From the NCBI GenBank assembly GCA_964491265.1, contig CAZBFP010000002.1, positions 134,288 to 198,287 on the forward strand: 64,000 bases of DNA, in the 5' to 3' direction. Origin of the DNA: an uncultured Leptospirales bacterium (GTDB lineage: Bacteria > Spirochaetota > UBA4802 > UBA5550). Below, piece by piece: positions 29,237 to 39,332 of this stretch; positions within the stretch are counted from its first letter, which is position 1, and every line of letters starts with the position of its first letter. A program made the translations under genes and the position numbers. The notes below the pieces were generated by a model. The model had not been told where the DNA came from and did not search any database. It worked only from the letters and a program-made list of their open reading frames with translations.

Positions 29237-30367
29237 ATGGCAGATGCATCTGTAAACTTTTTTGTATTCAGTTCATTTCTTGTGGCGGCATTTATTGCCC
29301 TTGGTGAGCTTGTGCAGAGAGATAAACGGTTTATGGATTATGTTTTCCTTTCATCCTTTATGGGACTTTCCTGCTGGTATCTACAGCTTTCATTATTTGC
29401 AACAGGGTTTCAGAACGGGGATGTCGCAGGTTTTTATATAATCTCCGGCATGATTCCAGTTGCTTTTGCGGTTCCCCCTCTTATGTCCAACCGCTATAGG
29501 TGGATTATTGCGGACAGGCATTCAATCAGGAAAAAATATCTTTTTCTGTTTATACCATCAATTATTTCATTAGTGATTGTTATCCTCCCTCTATTTTTTC
29601 CGGCATTAAGGTTTACAGAAAATGTTTATCTTAATGATACTGTTTTAAGCTCAAAGTTCAGCGATCTCCCTCTATATTTCAAGCTTATATATTTTATGAT
29701 ACCGCTGGAGAGTTTTTATCTTATATTTATGATGATTCCGGTCCTCACAGGACTTTACAATATTGTAAGGGACAACACCGGTACCAGTATGGGGAATGTT
29801 TCAAAACTCGGTTATCTTTTTGCTTCACTCATAACACTTTCAAATGTAATGGCAGTGCTGGGCCTTATCTTCTCTCTTGCACTTCTTAAGTTTGCCATAC
29901 TTTTTTCAACAGTCACTATGACCGGGCTCTATCTGGTAACCCGCAGAAACCCTGACTATAACAGGCTCCTCAGCAGTATGACAAGGAAGCATAATTATGA
30001 AAAGTCCCAGATTAAGGGGCTAAATGTGGAAGCGGTTACCCGGAGGCTTATTGAACTGATGGATGATGAGAAGATTTTTGCAGATGAGGATCTTAATCTT
30101 CCATCTCTAGCTGATGAACTTGGCATAAGCTCCCACCAGCTGTCGGAGATACTTAACAGGGAGATTGGTAAAAATTTCAATACCTTTGTAAATGAGTATC
30201 GGGTGAAGGAAGCTAAACAGTATCTACTGGAAGAACCGGATCGTTCGATTCTGTCAATTGGCGTTGCAGTCGGTTTTAATTCAGCTACAACATTTAATGC
30301 GGTATTCGGCAGGATGGCAGGGATGACCCCCGGTAAATACAGGAAGAGTATATCCGCAAAAAATTAG
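29237..30367 (+). CDS. Membrane-anchored AraC-family transcriptional regulator
   Basis: About 7 predicted TM segments followed by a C-terminal AraC-type HTH (SIGVAVGFNSATTFNAVFGRMAGMTPGKYR). Confidence 0.7.
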   Translation: MADASVNFFVFSSFLVAAFIALGELVQRDKRFMDYVFLSSFMGLSCWYLQLSLFATGFQNGDVAGFYIISGMIPVAFAVPPLMSNRYRWIIADRHSIRKKYLFLFIPSIISLVIVILPLFFPALRFTENVYLNDTVLSSKFSDLPLYFKLIYFMIPLESFYLIFMMIPVLTGLYNIVRDNTGTSMGNVSKLGYLFASLITLSNVMAVLGLIFSLALLKFAILFSTVTMTGLYLVTRRNPDYNRLLSSMTRKHNYEKSQIKGLNVEAVTRRLIELMDDEKIFADEDLNLPSLADELGISSHQLSEILNREIGKNFNTFVNEYRVKEAKQYLLEEPDRSILSIGVAVGFNSATTFNAVFGRMAGMTPGKYRKSISAKN

Positions 30368-30369
30368 TA

Positions 30370-31092
30370 TTGCAGAGGGGTATTATGAAAGATATTGTCA
30401 GCAGAATCCGCAAAGAACTTAAAGAAAACTCAGATGAAAAAACAAGGGAATCGGGTAAAAGATTCTTTAAGGAAGAAATTAAGGCTTACGGCGTAAAAAC
30501 ATCACTGGTGAGGGGTATTGGGAAAAAATATTTCAGAGAAATCAAGAATTTTAATAAAAATGAAATATTCGAATTGTGTGAAAAATTATGGCAATCTGGA
30601 TATATGGAGGAGTCTTTTATCGCTTGTTACTGGTCATATAATCTGAGAAAAAAATATGAACCTGGTGATTTTGATGTTTTCGAAAGATGGGTTTTCACAT
30701 ATGTGAGCAACTGGGCTTCCTGTGATACACTCTGTAATCATACAATCGGCGAATTTGTAGAAAAATATCCTGAGTATATTTCAAATTTAAAAAAATGGGC
30801 TTTATCAGAGAACCGCTGGGCCCGCCGCGCTTCTGCTGTAACACTGATTATACCTGCGCGCAAGGGGCTGTTTCTTGAGGAGATATTTAAAATTGCGGAT
30901 CTGCTCTATTCGGATGAAGATGATCTTGTGCAGAAAGGGTATGGATGGATGCTCAAGGCAGCAAGTGATGCCCATGAGCAGGATGTTTTTGACTATGTAA
31001 TGAAGAATAAAAATACAATGCCAAGAACAGCATTGAGGTATGCCATTGAAAAAATGCCGGCAGATATGAAGAAGAAAGCAATGGAGAAATAG
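30370..31092 (+). CDS. DNA alkylation repair enzyme family protein (AlkD-like HEAT repeats)
   Basis: 240 aa. N-terminal IVSRIRKELKENSDEKTRESGKRFFKEEIKAYGV is typical of the DNA_alkylation family. Confidence 0.6.
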   Translation: MQRGIMKDIVSRIRKELKENSDEKTRESGKRFFKEEIKAYGVKTSLVRGIGKKYFREIKNFNKNEIFELCEKLWQSGYMEESFIACYWSYNLRKKYEPGDFDVFERWVFTYVSNWASCDTLCNHTIGEFVEKYPEYISNLKKWALSENRWARRASAVTLIIPARKGLFLEEIFKIADLLYSDEDDLVQKGYGWMLKAASDAHEQDVFDYVMKNKNTMPRTALRYAIEKMPADMKKKAMEK

Positions 31093-31104
31093 GCTTAAGC
31101 GCAA

Positions 31105-32670
31105 TTATTCTGCAGCAGAGGCCTCCATCTGCTTTTTCAGATCTTCCGCAAGCTCACGCACATGCTTAGCGTGGAGAAAAAGTTTTTCCGCACCCTCTGA
31201 GTTGGACTGTGTAAGCTCATTAACATTGGCGATTGAACGTGAGATTTCTGTAACCGCTGTTTTCTGCTCCTCTGTTGCCATCTTCATCTCATCAGATCTG
31301 GCAATGGCCCCTTCAGCTTCTGCGTTTACCTGGGAATTAAGGTTCTGCTGCCGCTCCATCTGCCCTGAAACTTCATCTATCATAATATTTATTGAGCTCA
31401 CACCTGAAATAATTTTGCTGATAGTAGAGACTGTTTCTTTAACAGTGCTGCTCCCTCTGATTATCTCACTATTGTTGAGCCTTATGTGAGACTCAATCTC
31501 CTTAATGCTGGAAGATGTCTGGTCAGCAAGCTTTGATATTTCATCCGCAACAACAGCGAATCCCCGGCCCGCGTCACCTGCCCTGGCAGCCTCAATAGCT
31601 GCATTAAGCGAGAGCAGATTAATCCTGTCAGAAATGTCATTGATAATTCCTACGATATTTGTCATCTCATCGGAGCTTGTATTGATTTTCTGCATACTTT
31701 CATTCATTGACTGGAGAGATGTTTCCCCTTCCCTGGCATAGCCGGTAATATCTTTTGTAGTACCAAGGGTTTTCTTGATTGTTGTTCCCATCTCCAAGAT
31801 GGTATCTGAAAGAACCTTTATTCTTTCCAGAAGGCCCTTCATCCGTTCATACTGCTCCTTTGACCCTGCAGCTACATTGTCAACACCTGCGGATACTTCT
31901 TCAATTGTAGCCATTATCTCCTCAGCAGATGCTGCCTGACTCTGTGTGTTCTCGGAAAAAGATAGCGCTGTGGTTGAGAGATCTTCAGATGATGAAGCGA
32001 GATTTGATGATGCTTCATTTAATGATTTTAAAAGATTTTCTATCTGCTTCAGGCTCTCTTCGCTTTTATCCGTTTCAGCCTCAGAGCGCTCTATTGCCTG
32101 GTTAACAATACTCACCAGTGAGAGTCCTGCAACAAGTACAAATATGAGGCCGAAGCTGCTGTCAATAACCCCCACTGTGGCAGCCTTAAGGCTGATGTGG
32201 TCTAGTATATCTTTGACAAGTATAAAGAATGATATGTCTGCAATGAGAAATACGGCTGTAATAAAAAGTACAAACGAACGCTTGCAGAAGAGCATAGCCT
32301 GAACCTGTATGGCCATCATAAAATAAATAAAAGTTGTATAGCCTGCATATGCATCGCGGTTAACTTTGACCATGAGACCTGCTGTAACAGCAAGTGCAAG
32401 AAGGCCGATAATAAAATTAGCAGCACCGTTAAAGTATCCCGCCTTAAGTATAAAAAGTGTTATAATGCTTATAATAAACACAGCAACTATAACAATCCCT
32501 GCCTGGAAAAGAATCGCCCGGTTAAAAAAAAGAAAAACCAGAAAAATCAGAGTCATAAGTGATGCCACAATAAGGCAGAAGTATAAAAGAGCCTGGGCTT
32601 TTTTCTGTATCAGGAATGTTTCATTATGGAATCTGCTGAGGAATGTTTTTTCCAGTAATCTTTTTATCAT
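31105..32670 (-). CDS. Methyl-accepting chemotaxis protein with polytopic N-terminal membrane domain
   Basis: C-terminal MCP signalling domain ([26 protein letters not shown]) preceded by about 6 TM helices. Confidence 0.8.
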   Translation of the reverse strand: MIKRLLEKTFLSRFHNETFLIQKKAQALLYFCLIVASLMTLIFLVFLFFNRAILFQAGIVIVAVFIISIITLFILKAGYFNGAANFIIGLLALAVTAGLMVKVNRDAYAGYTTFIYFMMAIQVQAMLFCKRSFVLFITAVFLIADISFFILVKDILDHISLKAATVGVIDSSFGLIFVLVAGLSLVSIVNQAIERSEAETDKSEESLKQIENLLKSLNEASSNLASSSEDLSTTALSFSENTQSQAASAEEIMATIEEVSAGVDNVAAGSKEQYERMKGLLERIKVLSDTILEMGTTIKKTLGTTKDITGYAREGETSLQSMNESMQKINTSSDEMTNIVGIINDISDRINLLSLNAAIEAARAGDAGRGFAVVADEISKLADQTSSSIKEIESHIRLNNSEIIRGSSTVKETVSTISKIISGVSSINIMIDEVSGQMERQQNLNSQVNAEAEGAIARSDEMKMATEEQKTAVTEISRSIANVNELTQSNSEGAEKLFLHAKHVRELAEDLKKQMEASAAE

Positions 32671-32951
32671 AAATCTTCTCCATCAGGATTGAGACAATTC
32701 CGGTTTAGTAAAAAAATATTATCTGATAAGTGGTAATCTATCCGACTGTACACTGACAGCAGAGCTTTGTCATTAATAAAATTAAAGAAGCATAAAATTT
32801 TTTATAATTTTCTCTGTCCGTATATTTTAAATTATAAAAAATTATACTTGTGCTTCATTTTGTCTGTAAAATTATTATTGTTAATAAGAATTTAATGGTG
32901 CGGCTTAATAAGGGGTGCTAAAGCGTTTCTAGTATTTTTAAAAACTTTGTT

Positions 32952-33155
32952 TTAACTGGAGGATGCTTCAATTTTCTTAACTCTCCCCACTTCACCCGAG
33001 ATAAGCTCCACCTTTATTCCGTGGGGGTGATTTGCCGATTTTGTCAGTAATCTCTTTACTATCCCTTCTGTAAGTTTTCCTGTGCGCTGATCTTTTTTAA
33101 GCACCACTGATACTTCCATCCCCGGTTTAATATTATCTCTTTTTGTGCCGTCCAT
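32952..33155 (-). CDS. YwbE-family small protein (DUF2196)
   Basis: 67 aa. VVLKKDQRTGKLTEGIVKRLLTKSANHPHGIKVEL matches YwbE. Confidence 0.6.
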   Translation of the reverse strand: MDGTKRDNIKPGMEVSVVLKKDQRTGKLTEGIVKRLLTKSANHPHGIKVELISGEVGRVKKIEASSS

Positions 33156-33165
33156 GATATCCCTT

Positions 33166-33648
33166 CTATTTTTTTATTTTACTAATAAATCTGTCCAGCT
33201 GGTTGGCAAAGGCTTGCGTGTCCCTGGGGGTAAAGGGGGGTGGGCCCCCTGTGTCAACACCGCAGTTTCTCAGCTCCTCCTTCAGGTTCCGCATTGTGAG
33301 TTTTTCACTGATGTTGTCTTTCGAAATTAAATTCCCCCTTGGATCAATAACTACTGCACCTTTCTCTATTGCCCGATCCGCAAGGGGAATATCTGCTGTT
33401 ATTATCAGGTCACCAGGCTCTGCCAGTGCTGCTATTTTATCATCAGCTTCATCCGGGCCTGCCGGAACAACAATCCCGGAAATAAATGAGGATTTGGGGA
33501 ATTTCAGCGGGATATTGGCAACAAGGATAAGGGGGATCTTCGCTCTTTCCGCTGCACGAAAGAGTATCTCCCGGATAGAAACAGGTATTGCGTCAGCATC
33601 TGCCAGTATCTGCATAAAGCGGCATCCATAAAAAATTTTTATCTGCAT
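33166..33648 (-). CDS. YaiI/UPF0178 family protein
   Basis: DADAIPVSIREILFRAAER, GDLIITADIPLADRAIEKGAVVIDPRG, TGGPPPFTPRDTQAFAN. Collinear with E. coli YaiI. Confidence 0.7.
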   Translation of the reverse strand: MQIKIFYGCRFMQILADADAIPVSIREILFRAAERAKIPLILVANIPLKFPKSSFISGIVVPAGPDEADDKIAALAEPGDLIITADIPLADRAIEKGAVVIDPRGNLISKDNISEKLTMRNLKEELRNCGVDTGGPPPFTPRDTQAFANQLDRFISKIKK

Positions 33649-33792
33649 TATTTCTATGATTATAAAATAAGTTCAGATTTAAGTCAGTAAATGTTATGAA
33701 TTGTTTTGTCAAGCAAGAGGAGAAATATCTGAATATCCTTCAAGTCCCCTGAAAATGGACTTGAAGGGGTAGCTGTATAATTTTTTGGGTGT

Positions 33793-33879
33793 TGTCATTC
33801 CCGCGTAGGCGGGAATCTCATAACTTCTGATTTTAACAGGAGATTCCCGCACTACGTTGTCACTTCGGCTGGAATGACA
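33793..33879. mobile_element. Miniature 87-bp palindromic element (family 2), copy 1
   Basis: TGTCATTCCCGCGTAGGCGGGAATCTCATAA...GAGATTCCCGCACTACG...GGAATGACA. Terminal 9-bp inverted repeat TGTCATTCC/GGAATGACA plus internal hairpins. About 85% identical to 63351-63437. Confidence 0.7.
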
Positions 33880-33927
33880 GGCTTTCTTTAAAAAATTTTA
33901 CTGTTATTCTCGAAGGGCGTTATGTAA

Positions 33928-35379
33928 TTATAGAATTTTATTTGACCTGGTCCAGATTTTATTCTCCTGGGCCTGCTTGATCAGTTCCTCTCTGAAATCG
34001 GGGTGTGCTATTGAAATAAGCTTCTCCGCTCTCATCCATAGTGGAGATAATTTAAGATTAACACATCCGAATTCTGTAGCTACAAACTGTACTGACTGTC
34101 TCGGTACTGTTACAGCTGTACCCGGTTTAAATGAGGGCACTACCCTGGAAATCATTTTCCCGTCAGGGAGAGTGTAGGTGGAGGGAATGCATATAAAGCT
34201 TTTCCCCCCTTTTGACCAGAAAGACCCCAGAACAAAATCGAGCATTCCGCCGTTACCCGATATCTGCTGGAACCCGTTACTCTCTGCATTAACCTGCCCC
34301 ATGATGTCTATTTCAATAGCAGAATTTATTGAAGTGAAATCGTTTATAGATTTAATAACATCAAAATTATTCACATAACCTACATTATATGAAGCAAGAG
34401 AGGGGTTATTGTGTATCCAGTCATAGAATTTTTTGCTCCCCAGGGCAAAGGTGTAAACAGTTTTCCATCTGTCTATATCCTTTTTCGAATTATTAAGCTT
34501 TCCGGAAAGTTCCATTTCCATGAAAGCGTCAACAAGCATCTCTGTATGTCCGCTGAGGTTTTTTAAATCACTCTCTGCAATCATGTGCCCCAGTGTATTT
34601 GGCATACCGCCAATACCAAGCTGGATGCAGCACCCGTCATGGAGGTATTTAAATACATGCTCAGCAATTCTTTTCTCCACATCTGTTGCTTCTATATTGG
34701 GGAGTTCGAACATGGGTTCATTCTCACCCTCTACTATATAATCAACCTGGGAAACATGAATAGACTCTCTTGCCCCGCCCAGGGCTACAGGTATATTCTG
34801 ATTTACCTCTACTATCACTTTGTGAGCTTTGCACCATCCATGCATACATGCGTTGTTTATGCCGAAGTTGAAGTAGCCGTTTGAATCCATGGGGGCCGTG
34901 CGCATAATATGAACATCCTGAAGCCTTATCCCTGTTTTATCAGGGTCGTATTCATAGAGATCTCCCTTAAGGTGTTCTGTCTGCCAGTCGGTTTCTCCAA
35001 AGTGAAGCGGCGCATATGAAACCCTGTCCGGGTACTGCATCTTCATTAAGCGTGTGAGGAGTGAAAAATGGAAATCGTTGTATGTAAAAGCTTTCCCTTC
35101 CGGGTCATTGGTGAGAACAGCCGGAACCGGCGGTATTGTAACTGCGCCGTATACATGAACATCCTTCAGTTCATCTTTTCTGTTCGACAGGGCAGTATCG
35201 CATGCTACCGGTTTCCCGTTAAAAAAACCGTAGGTAATCCAGTCCCCTGATTTAACGCATTTAAGAGCTTCTTCCGCAGTGCAGAGTTTTTCCCTGTACT
35301 GCTGCATTACATCCTTTCTGATCTGGTAATTCATAAAATCCCCCTTCCTCTTTATGTTTATTTGTGAGGAGATGACCAT
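33928..35379 (-). CDS. Acetyl-CoA hydrolase/transferase family protein (4-hydroxybutyrate CoA-transferase-like)
   Basis: Size and two-domain layout match the family. The true start is probably MNYQIRKD at about 35334. Confidence 0.6.
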   Translation of the reverse strand: MVISSQINIKRKGDFMNYQIRKDVMQQYREKLCTAEEALKCVKSGDWITYGFFNGKPVACDTALSNRKDELKDVHVYGAVTIPPVPAVLTNDPEGKAFTYNDFHFSLLTRLMKMQYPDRVSYAPLHFGETDWQTEHLKGDLYEYDPDKTGIRLQDVHIMRTAPMDSNGYFNFGINNACMHGWCKAHKVIVEVNQNIPVALGGARESIHVSQVDYIVEGENEPMFELPNIEATDVEKRIAEHVFKYLHDGCCIQLGIGGMPNTLGHMIAESDLKNLSGHTEMLVDAFMEMELSGKLNNSKKDIDRWKTVYTFALGSKKFYDWIHNNPSLASYNVGYVNNFDVIKSINDFTSINSAIEIDIMGQVNAESNGFQQISGNGGMLDFVLGSFWSKGGKSFICIPSTYTLPDGKMISRVVPSFKPGTAVTVPRQSVQFVATEFGCVNLKLSPLWMRAEKLISIAHPDFREELIKQAQENKIWTRSNKIL

Positions 35380-35442
35380 GTATCTGCGGAATTATTCCCC
35401 TTTGCAGGGCTAAAATTCCATGTGCGGTCTCATCTATCCTCT

Positions 35443-36099
35443 TTATTTTAAAACAAGGGCTTTCGTAAAAAGGTTTTCAGCATATTTAAGAACCGGCTTC
35501 AGATCTTTGCTGATCCCCTCTTTCCCCCATTTATTCTGTTCAACCTGGACTATGCCGCAGAAGGAGCCCCAGACAAAATTTGTTGTGTGCTTTATCTCAT
35601 TGTCTGCAAAAAACCCTTTATCAACTGCAAGTTTTACAATCCGGTTACCTTCTCCGAAACATTTTTTACCCCATCCTTTTATGATCGATGCCGCCTCACT
35701 GCTTATTTTCTGAACAATCCCTACCTGCAGAAAAATGCTGAAAAGTCTGAAAAGATCCGGATCTTTTTCAAATGTGTCGTAGTAGACATTGAAAATATCG
35801 GCTACTATTTCGCTCCCCGATTTATATTCATTATTCTCAAGAGCCGTACGGATAGACTCAAGTTTTTCTGAAAGGGATGTTATAATAGGTTCAATCATCT
35901 GGATAAAGAGCTCATCCTTTGTTTTGAAATACTGGTATATTGTGGGTTTGGTAATGCCTGCTTCACAGGCAATGTCGTCCATTGTTGCGCCGGTAAAATT
36001 TTTATTAAGAATTACTCTTCTGGCAGCATCGAGGATCTCTTCGATTCTGCGTTCCTTTTCCCTTTTGAGACGCATTTCTACAGATGGATTTCTGGCCAT
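35443..36099 (-). CDS. TetR/AcrR family transcriptional regulator
   Basis: N-terminal HTH ATMDDIACEAGITKPTIYQYFKTKDELF. Confidence 0.8.
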   Translation of the reverse strand: MARNPSVEMRLKREKERRIEEILDAARRVILNKNFTGATMDDIACEAGITKPTIYQYFKTKDELFIQMIEPIITSLSEKLESIRTALENNEYKSGSEIVADIFNVYYDTFEKDPDLFRLFSIFLQVGIVQKISSEAASIIKGWGKKCFGEGNRIVKLAVDKGFFADNEIKHTTNFVWGSFCGIVQVEQNKWGKEGISKDLKPVLKYAENLFTKALVLK

Positions 36100-36184
36100 T
36101 CCCTTTTTTTTATCCTTTTAGATTGCATGTATTTAATATTTATCGCTGTTTATACAGTATACGGGCAGGGGAGTCAACTATTTA

Positions 36185-36201
36185 TTTAACTATAAGTTAA
36201 A
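36185..36201. promoter_or_regulatory. Palindrome TTTAACT-ATA-AGTTAAA in the TetR gene promoter region (candidate operator)
   Basis: Seen directly, about 85 bp upstream of the TetR start codon. Confidence 0.4.
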
Positions 36202-36361
36202 TTATTATACTTTAAGTTTAAAAAATGTCAGTGCTCGGTGTATTGGCCCCCTAAATCTACCCGGGAGTACTTCTTCGCTTTGCTCAGGGCGCCCCGGAGT
36301 GGGACTTTGAGATGCGGGTAATGGTTAGCTATCTTTTAGGTGGACGTAGGGGAATACATAA

Positions 36362-38110
36362 TCAATTCTTCAGGCTGTACCTGCCTGAATAGAGCCCCTG
36401 GAAAAAACTCAGGGCATTTGTTCCCAGCACTCTGCTGTCGTAACCCCCCTCCTGGACAACAAGAGTCCTTTTCTTAAGTGATCCTGCAATAAATCCGTTG
36501 TTGAAAAAATCATCTTTAAGGAGACTCCATTTCCCTGACGGGTCCCCTTTTGCAGTATCAAGCCCAAGGGCAATTATCAGAAATTCCGGCTTAAATTTTT
36601 CAATTTGTTTTACAGCTTTATTCAAAACCCGGCAGTAATTTTTTCCCTCTACCTGCTGCTGCAGCGGGAAATTGATGTTAAAGCCGTATCCACTATCCTC
36701 CCCTTTTTCAGATTTAAATCCGCTGAAATAGGGGTATTCAAAATCAGGATCAGCATGAATCGAAATAGTAAGTACATCATCCCTGTTGTAGAAAATGTCC
36801 TGCTGCCCATTGCCATGATGATAGTCAAGATCAAGGATTGCTACTTTCCCCCAGGTACTCAGGTAGTTGGCCGCAATTGCTGCGGAATTTAAATAGCAGA
36901 ATCCTCCAAAACAGCTTCTCTCTGCATGATGACCTGGAGGTCGCACCAGGGCGTAAACAAGCTGCGCATCTGACAACAGTAGATCTGCTCCTGTGAGGGC
37001 GCAGTTAACAGCGCTTCTTGCTGCAAGGTAGGAATTTTTATTTACCGGGCTGTATATATCTATGCAGTAATAGCCTGCCCTGGAAAGAAGTCTTTTAGGG
37101 GGTTTTGCCTTTCTCCTTATGGGGAAGGTGTCAGGGTAGACCGACACCCCGGGTGGTACTGATGCTGAGGCTTTTTTAAAATACTCAACAAATGCTTTTT
37201 CATGAACAGCTGTTATGTGGCGCTCCGGGTATTTCTTTATTTTATGCTTTAAAAAAAGATCACTCCTGTCAATTTTTTTTAAAATAGATTTTATCCGAAC
37301 AGGGCTTTCCACATACCCTTTTTCATGTATATGATGAATTTCATGACCCTGATTATAAAGAAGGAGAATCTTTCTGTCATCAGGTACAACGGGCATTTCC
37401 CTTTTAACATCAGCTTTTCTGTATTTATAATCTCTTATAATCAGGGGATCCTCTTTTAGTGAGGATAAAACCTTTGTTATATTTTTATTCTCATGAGAGA
37501 CAATATGCTTTCTCTCAATAATGGAGCGGATTATCTTTTTCCCCTGTTTCAAAGGAATCGGTCTTTCTTCATTCAGGCTGTCGTATACCAGGAAATAGGG
37601 GTTGCCGTATATCTTTTCTGTATGATTCGCGTATTCCTTACTGATAAGCGGTCTTGCCCCAAAGCCTTCATAAAATTTAAGCCTCCCCCTGTTCCGCTTA
37701 AGAAAGGAGGTATCTGTGAAGCTCTCAGGTGAATCGGATAGACACTCCACAAAAAGACCGGAGGAGTTAAGATGTATAGCCTCATCCCTCACCCTTTTGT
37801 ATATAGCGCCTCCAACCCCGCCGAATGATTTCCCCGGATTGCTGGCAAGGAGATCAAGAAAGCTGTACTTTAAATCCAGGGCAAATGACATCTGGGCAAA
37901 TCCCAGTATCTCACCTCTGTTATTTTCAGCAATGAAAAAGTAGTAGCGCATTCTGTTTATTACCGGATTGGCAAAGAGTTCCTTTGTTTTTTGCAGGCTT
38001 TCAGGTGTCATGTCAGGTATAAGCTGCTTTGTGAGAGAAAGTATACGTTCAATTGCTCTCCGGTTAACCGGGAGAAAGTCATCATGTACACTTCTTATTT
38101 TGAATGACAT
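36362..38110 (-). CDS. GNAT acetyltransferase-like domain fused to histone-deacetylase-family (HDAC / acetylpolyamine amidohydrolase) domain
   Basis: N-terminal GNAT motifs A (NPGKSFGGVGGAIYKRV) and B (RLKFYEGFGARPL). C-terminal RPPGHHAE and LDLDYHHGNGQQ zinc-deacetylase motifs. 582 aa. Confidence 0.75.
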   Translation of the reverse strand: MSFKIRSVHDDFLPVNRRAIERILSLTKQLIPDMTPESLQKTKELFANPVINRMRYYFFIAENNRGEILGFAQMSFALDLKYSFLDLLASNPGKSFGGVGGAIYKRVRDEAIHLNSSGLFVECLSDSPESFTDTSFLKRNRGRLKFYEGFGARPLISKEYANHTEKIYGNPYFLVYDSLNEERPIPLKQGKKIIRSIIERKHIVSHENKNITKVLSSLKEDPLIIRDYKYRKADVKREMPVVPDDRKILLLYNQGHEIHHIHEKGYVESPVRIKSILKKIDRSDLFLKHKIKKYPERHITAVHEKAFVEYFKKASASVPPGVSVYPDTFPIRRKAKPPKRLLSRAGYYCIDIYSPVNKNSYLAARSAVNCALTGADLLLSDAQLVYALVRPPGHHAERSCFGGFCYLNSAAIAANYLSTWGKVAILDLDYHHGNGQQDIFYNRDDVLTISIHADPDFEYPYFSGFKSEKGEDSGYGFNINFPLQQQVEGKNYCRVLNKAVKQIEKFKPEFLIIALGLDTAKGDPSGKWSLLKDDFFNNGFIAGSLKKRTLVVQEGGYDSRVLGTNALSFFQGLYSGRYSLKN

Positions 38111-38178
38111 ATGGTCTCCTTAATAGCCGGGGCCTCGGGGGCAGTATATCTATAAATCAGGGAGTAATGATTTCAATC

Positions 38179-38430
38179 TCATATCCCGTATTTTTCTTTA
38201 ATAAAGGACTCTATAGCCTGTGCGCTTCTTTTTGAAAAACTTACTGCCTCAACTACAGTCTTTGCTCCGGTTACAACATCACCTGATGCAAAAACACCCT
38301 CTCTGGTAGTCCGGCCAGTATCATCTGTCACAACCAGACCAAACCTGTCAATTTCAATTCCGCCGGTTGTTGAAACAATATTTCCTGTATATCGGTAAAT
38401 CTTCGGTTTCCAGTGATTAAATGCTTTCAT
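38179..38430 (-). pseudogene. C-terminal remnant of an FAD/NAD(P)-dependent oxidoreductase (GltD-like)
   Basis: 83 aa. EGVFASGDVVTGAKTVVEAVSFSKRSAQAIESFIKE matches the C-terminal FAD-binding end of pyridine-nucleotide-disulfide oxidoreductases. An in-frame TAA lies just upstream. Confidence 0.55.
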
Positions 38431-38479
38431 TTTATACCGGTTTTTTTAATCTCTTACCTTAGAGGAAACCGGAGGTATT

Positions 38480-39277
38480 ATGCTTATTGTAGTAAAAATT
38501 GTAATCTCCATATCAGTGGTGCTGATTCTTGCAGAAATCGCAAAAAGAGTAAATCCTGCTTTAAGCGGAATTGTTTCCGGTCTCCCCCTCGGTACGGGCC
38601 TGTCTGTATATTTTATAGCATTGCAGGAGGGGATCCCTTTTATGACAGGGGGAATACCATGGGGGGTAGCGGGCCTTGCGTCATCTGTCTCTTTCTGCCT
38701 TACCTATTTTATAATAGGGAAGCTTACAGCAGGTAAAGGGAAGTTTTACTGCATTGTATCAGCGTCAGCTTTCTCAGTCGCTGTTTTTGCTTTTACAGGG
38801 TACTGCATTCAGCTTTACACCTTCACTCTTATGACCTCTATAATTTTCTTTGCTCTGGTTTTTTTTATTAACCTGTATATTGTTTACAGGATCAGGATTA
38901 TCCCCGAAAAAGTTTCTGTAAAAAAAGGGGGTCCATTCAGAGACCTGATCAGGGGAATAATTGTGGCCCTGATAATATTAATCATAACCGGCCTCCCCGG
39001 AATACTCGGCGGCAGGTGGGCAGGGATTCTCAGCTCATTCCCTTCAACTCTTTTCCCTCTCATACTGATTCTTCACTACGAGTATGATGACAGCCTCTAC
39101 CCGTCAGTGATAAAAGGCTTTTCATTGGGAATAACCACTCTTGCTGTTTTCTATTCAGGGTGTTTTTATATTCTCCCCCTATTCGGTTTAAACACCGGGA
39201 TGGTGATTGTGTATTTGATCTCTATTATTTACCTGAGCACGCTGAATATAATAAAGGACAGGATTGAAAAAGTCTGA
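38480..39277 (+). CDS. Polytopic membrane protein, unknown function
   Basis: 265 aa with about 8 hydrophobic segments. No recognisable motif. Confidence 0.45.
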   Translation: MLIVVKIVISISVVLILAEIAKRVNPALSGIVSGLPLGTGLSVYFIALQEGIPFMTGGIPWGVAGLASSVSFCLTYFIIGKLTAGKGKFYCIVSASAFSVAVFAFTGYCIQLYTFTLMTSIIFFALVFFINLYIVYRIRIIPEKVSVKKGGPFRDLIRGIIVALIILIITGLPGILGGRWAGILSSFPSTLFPLILILHYEYDDSLYPSVIKGFSLGITTLAVFYSGCFYILPLFGLNTGMVIVYLISIIYLSTLNIIKDRIEKV

Positions 39278-39332
39278 TCACCCGGTTTTACCCGGGTGAA
39301 TAATGTGATTTAATAGAGAGCTAAGGTATTTT

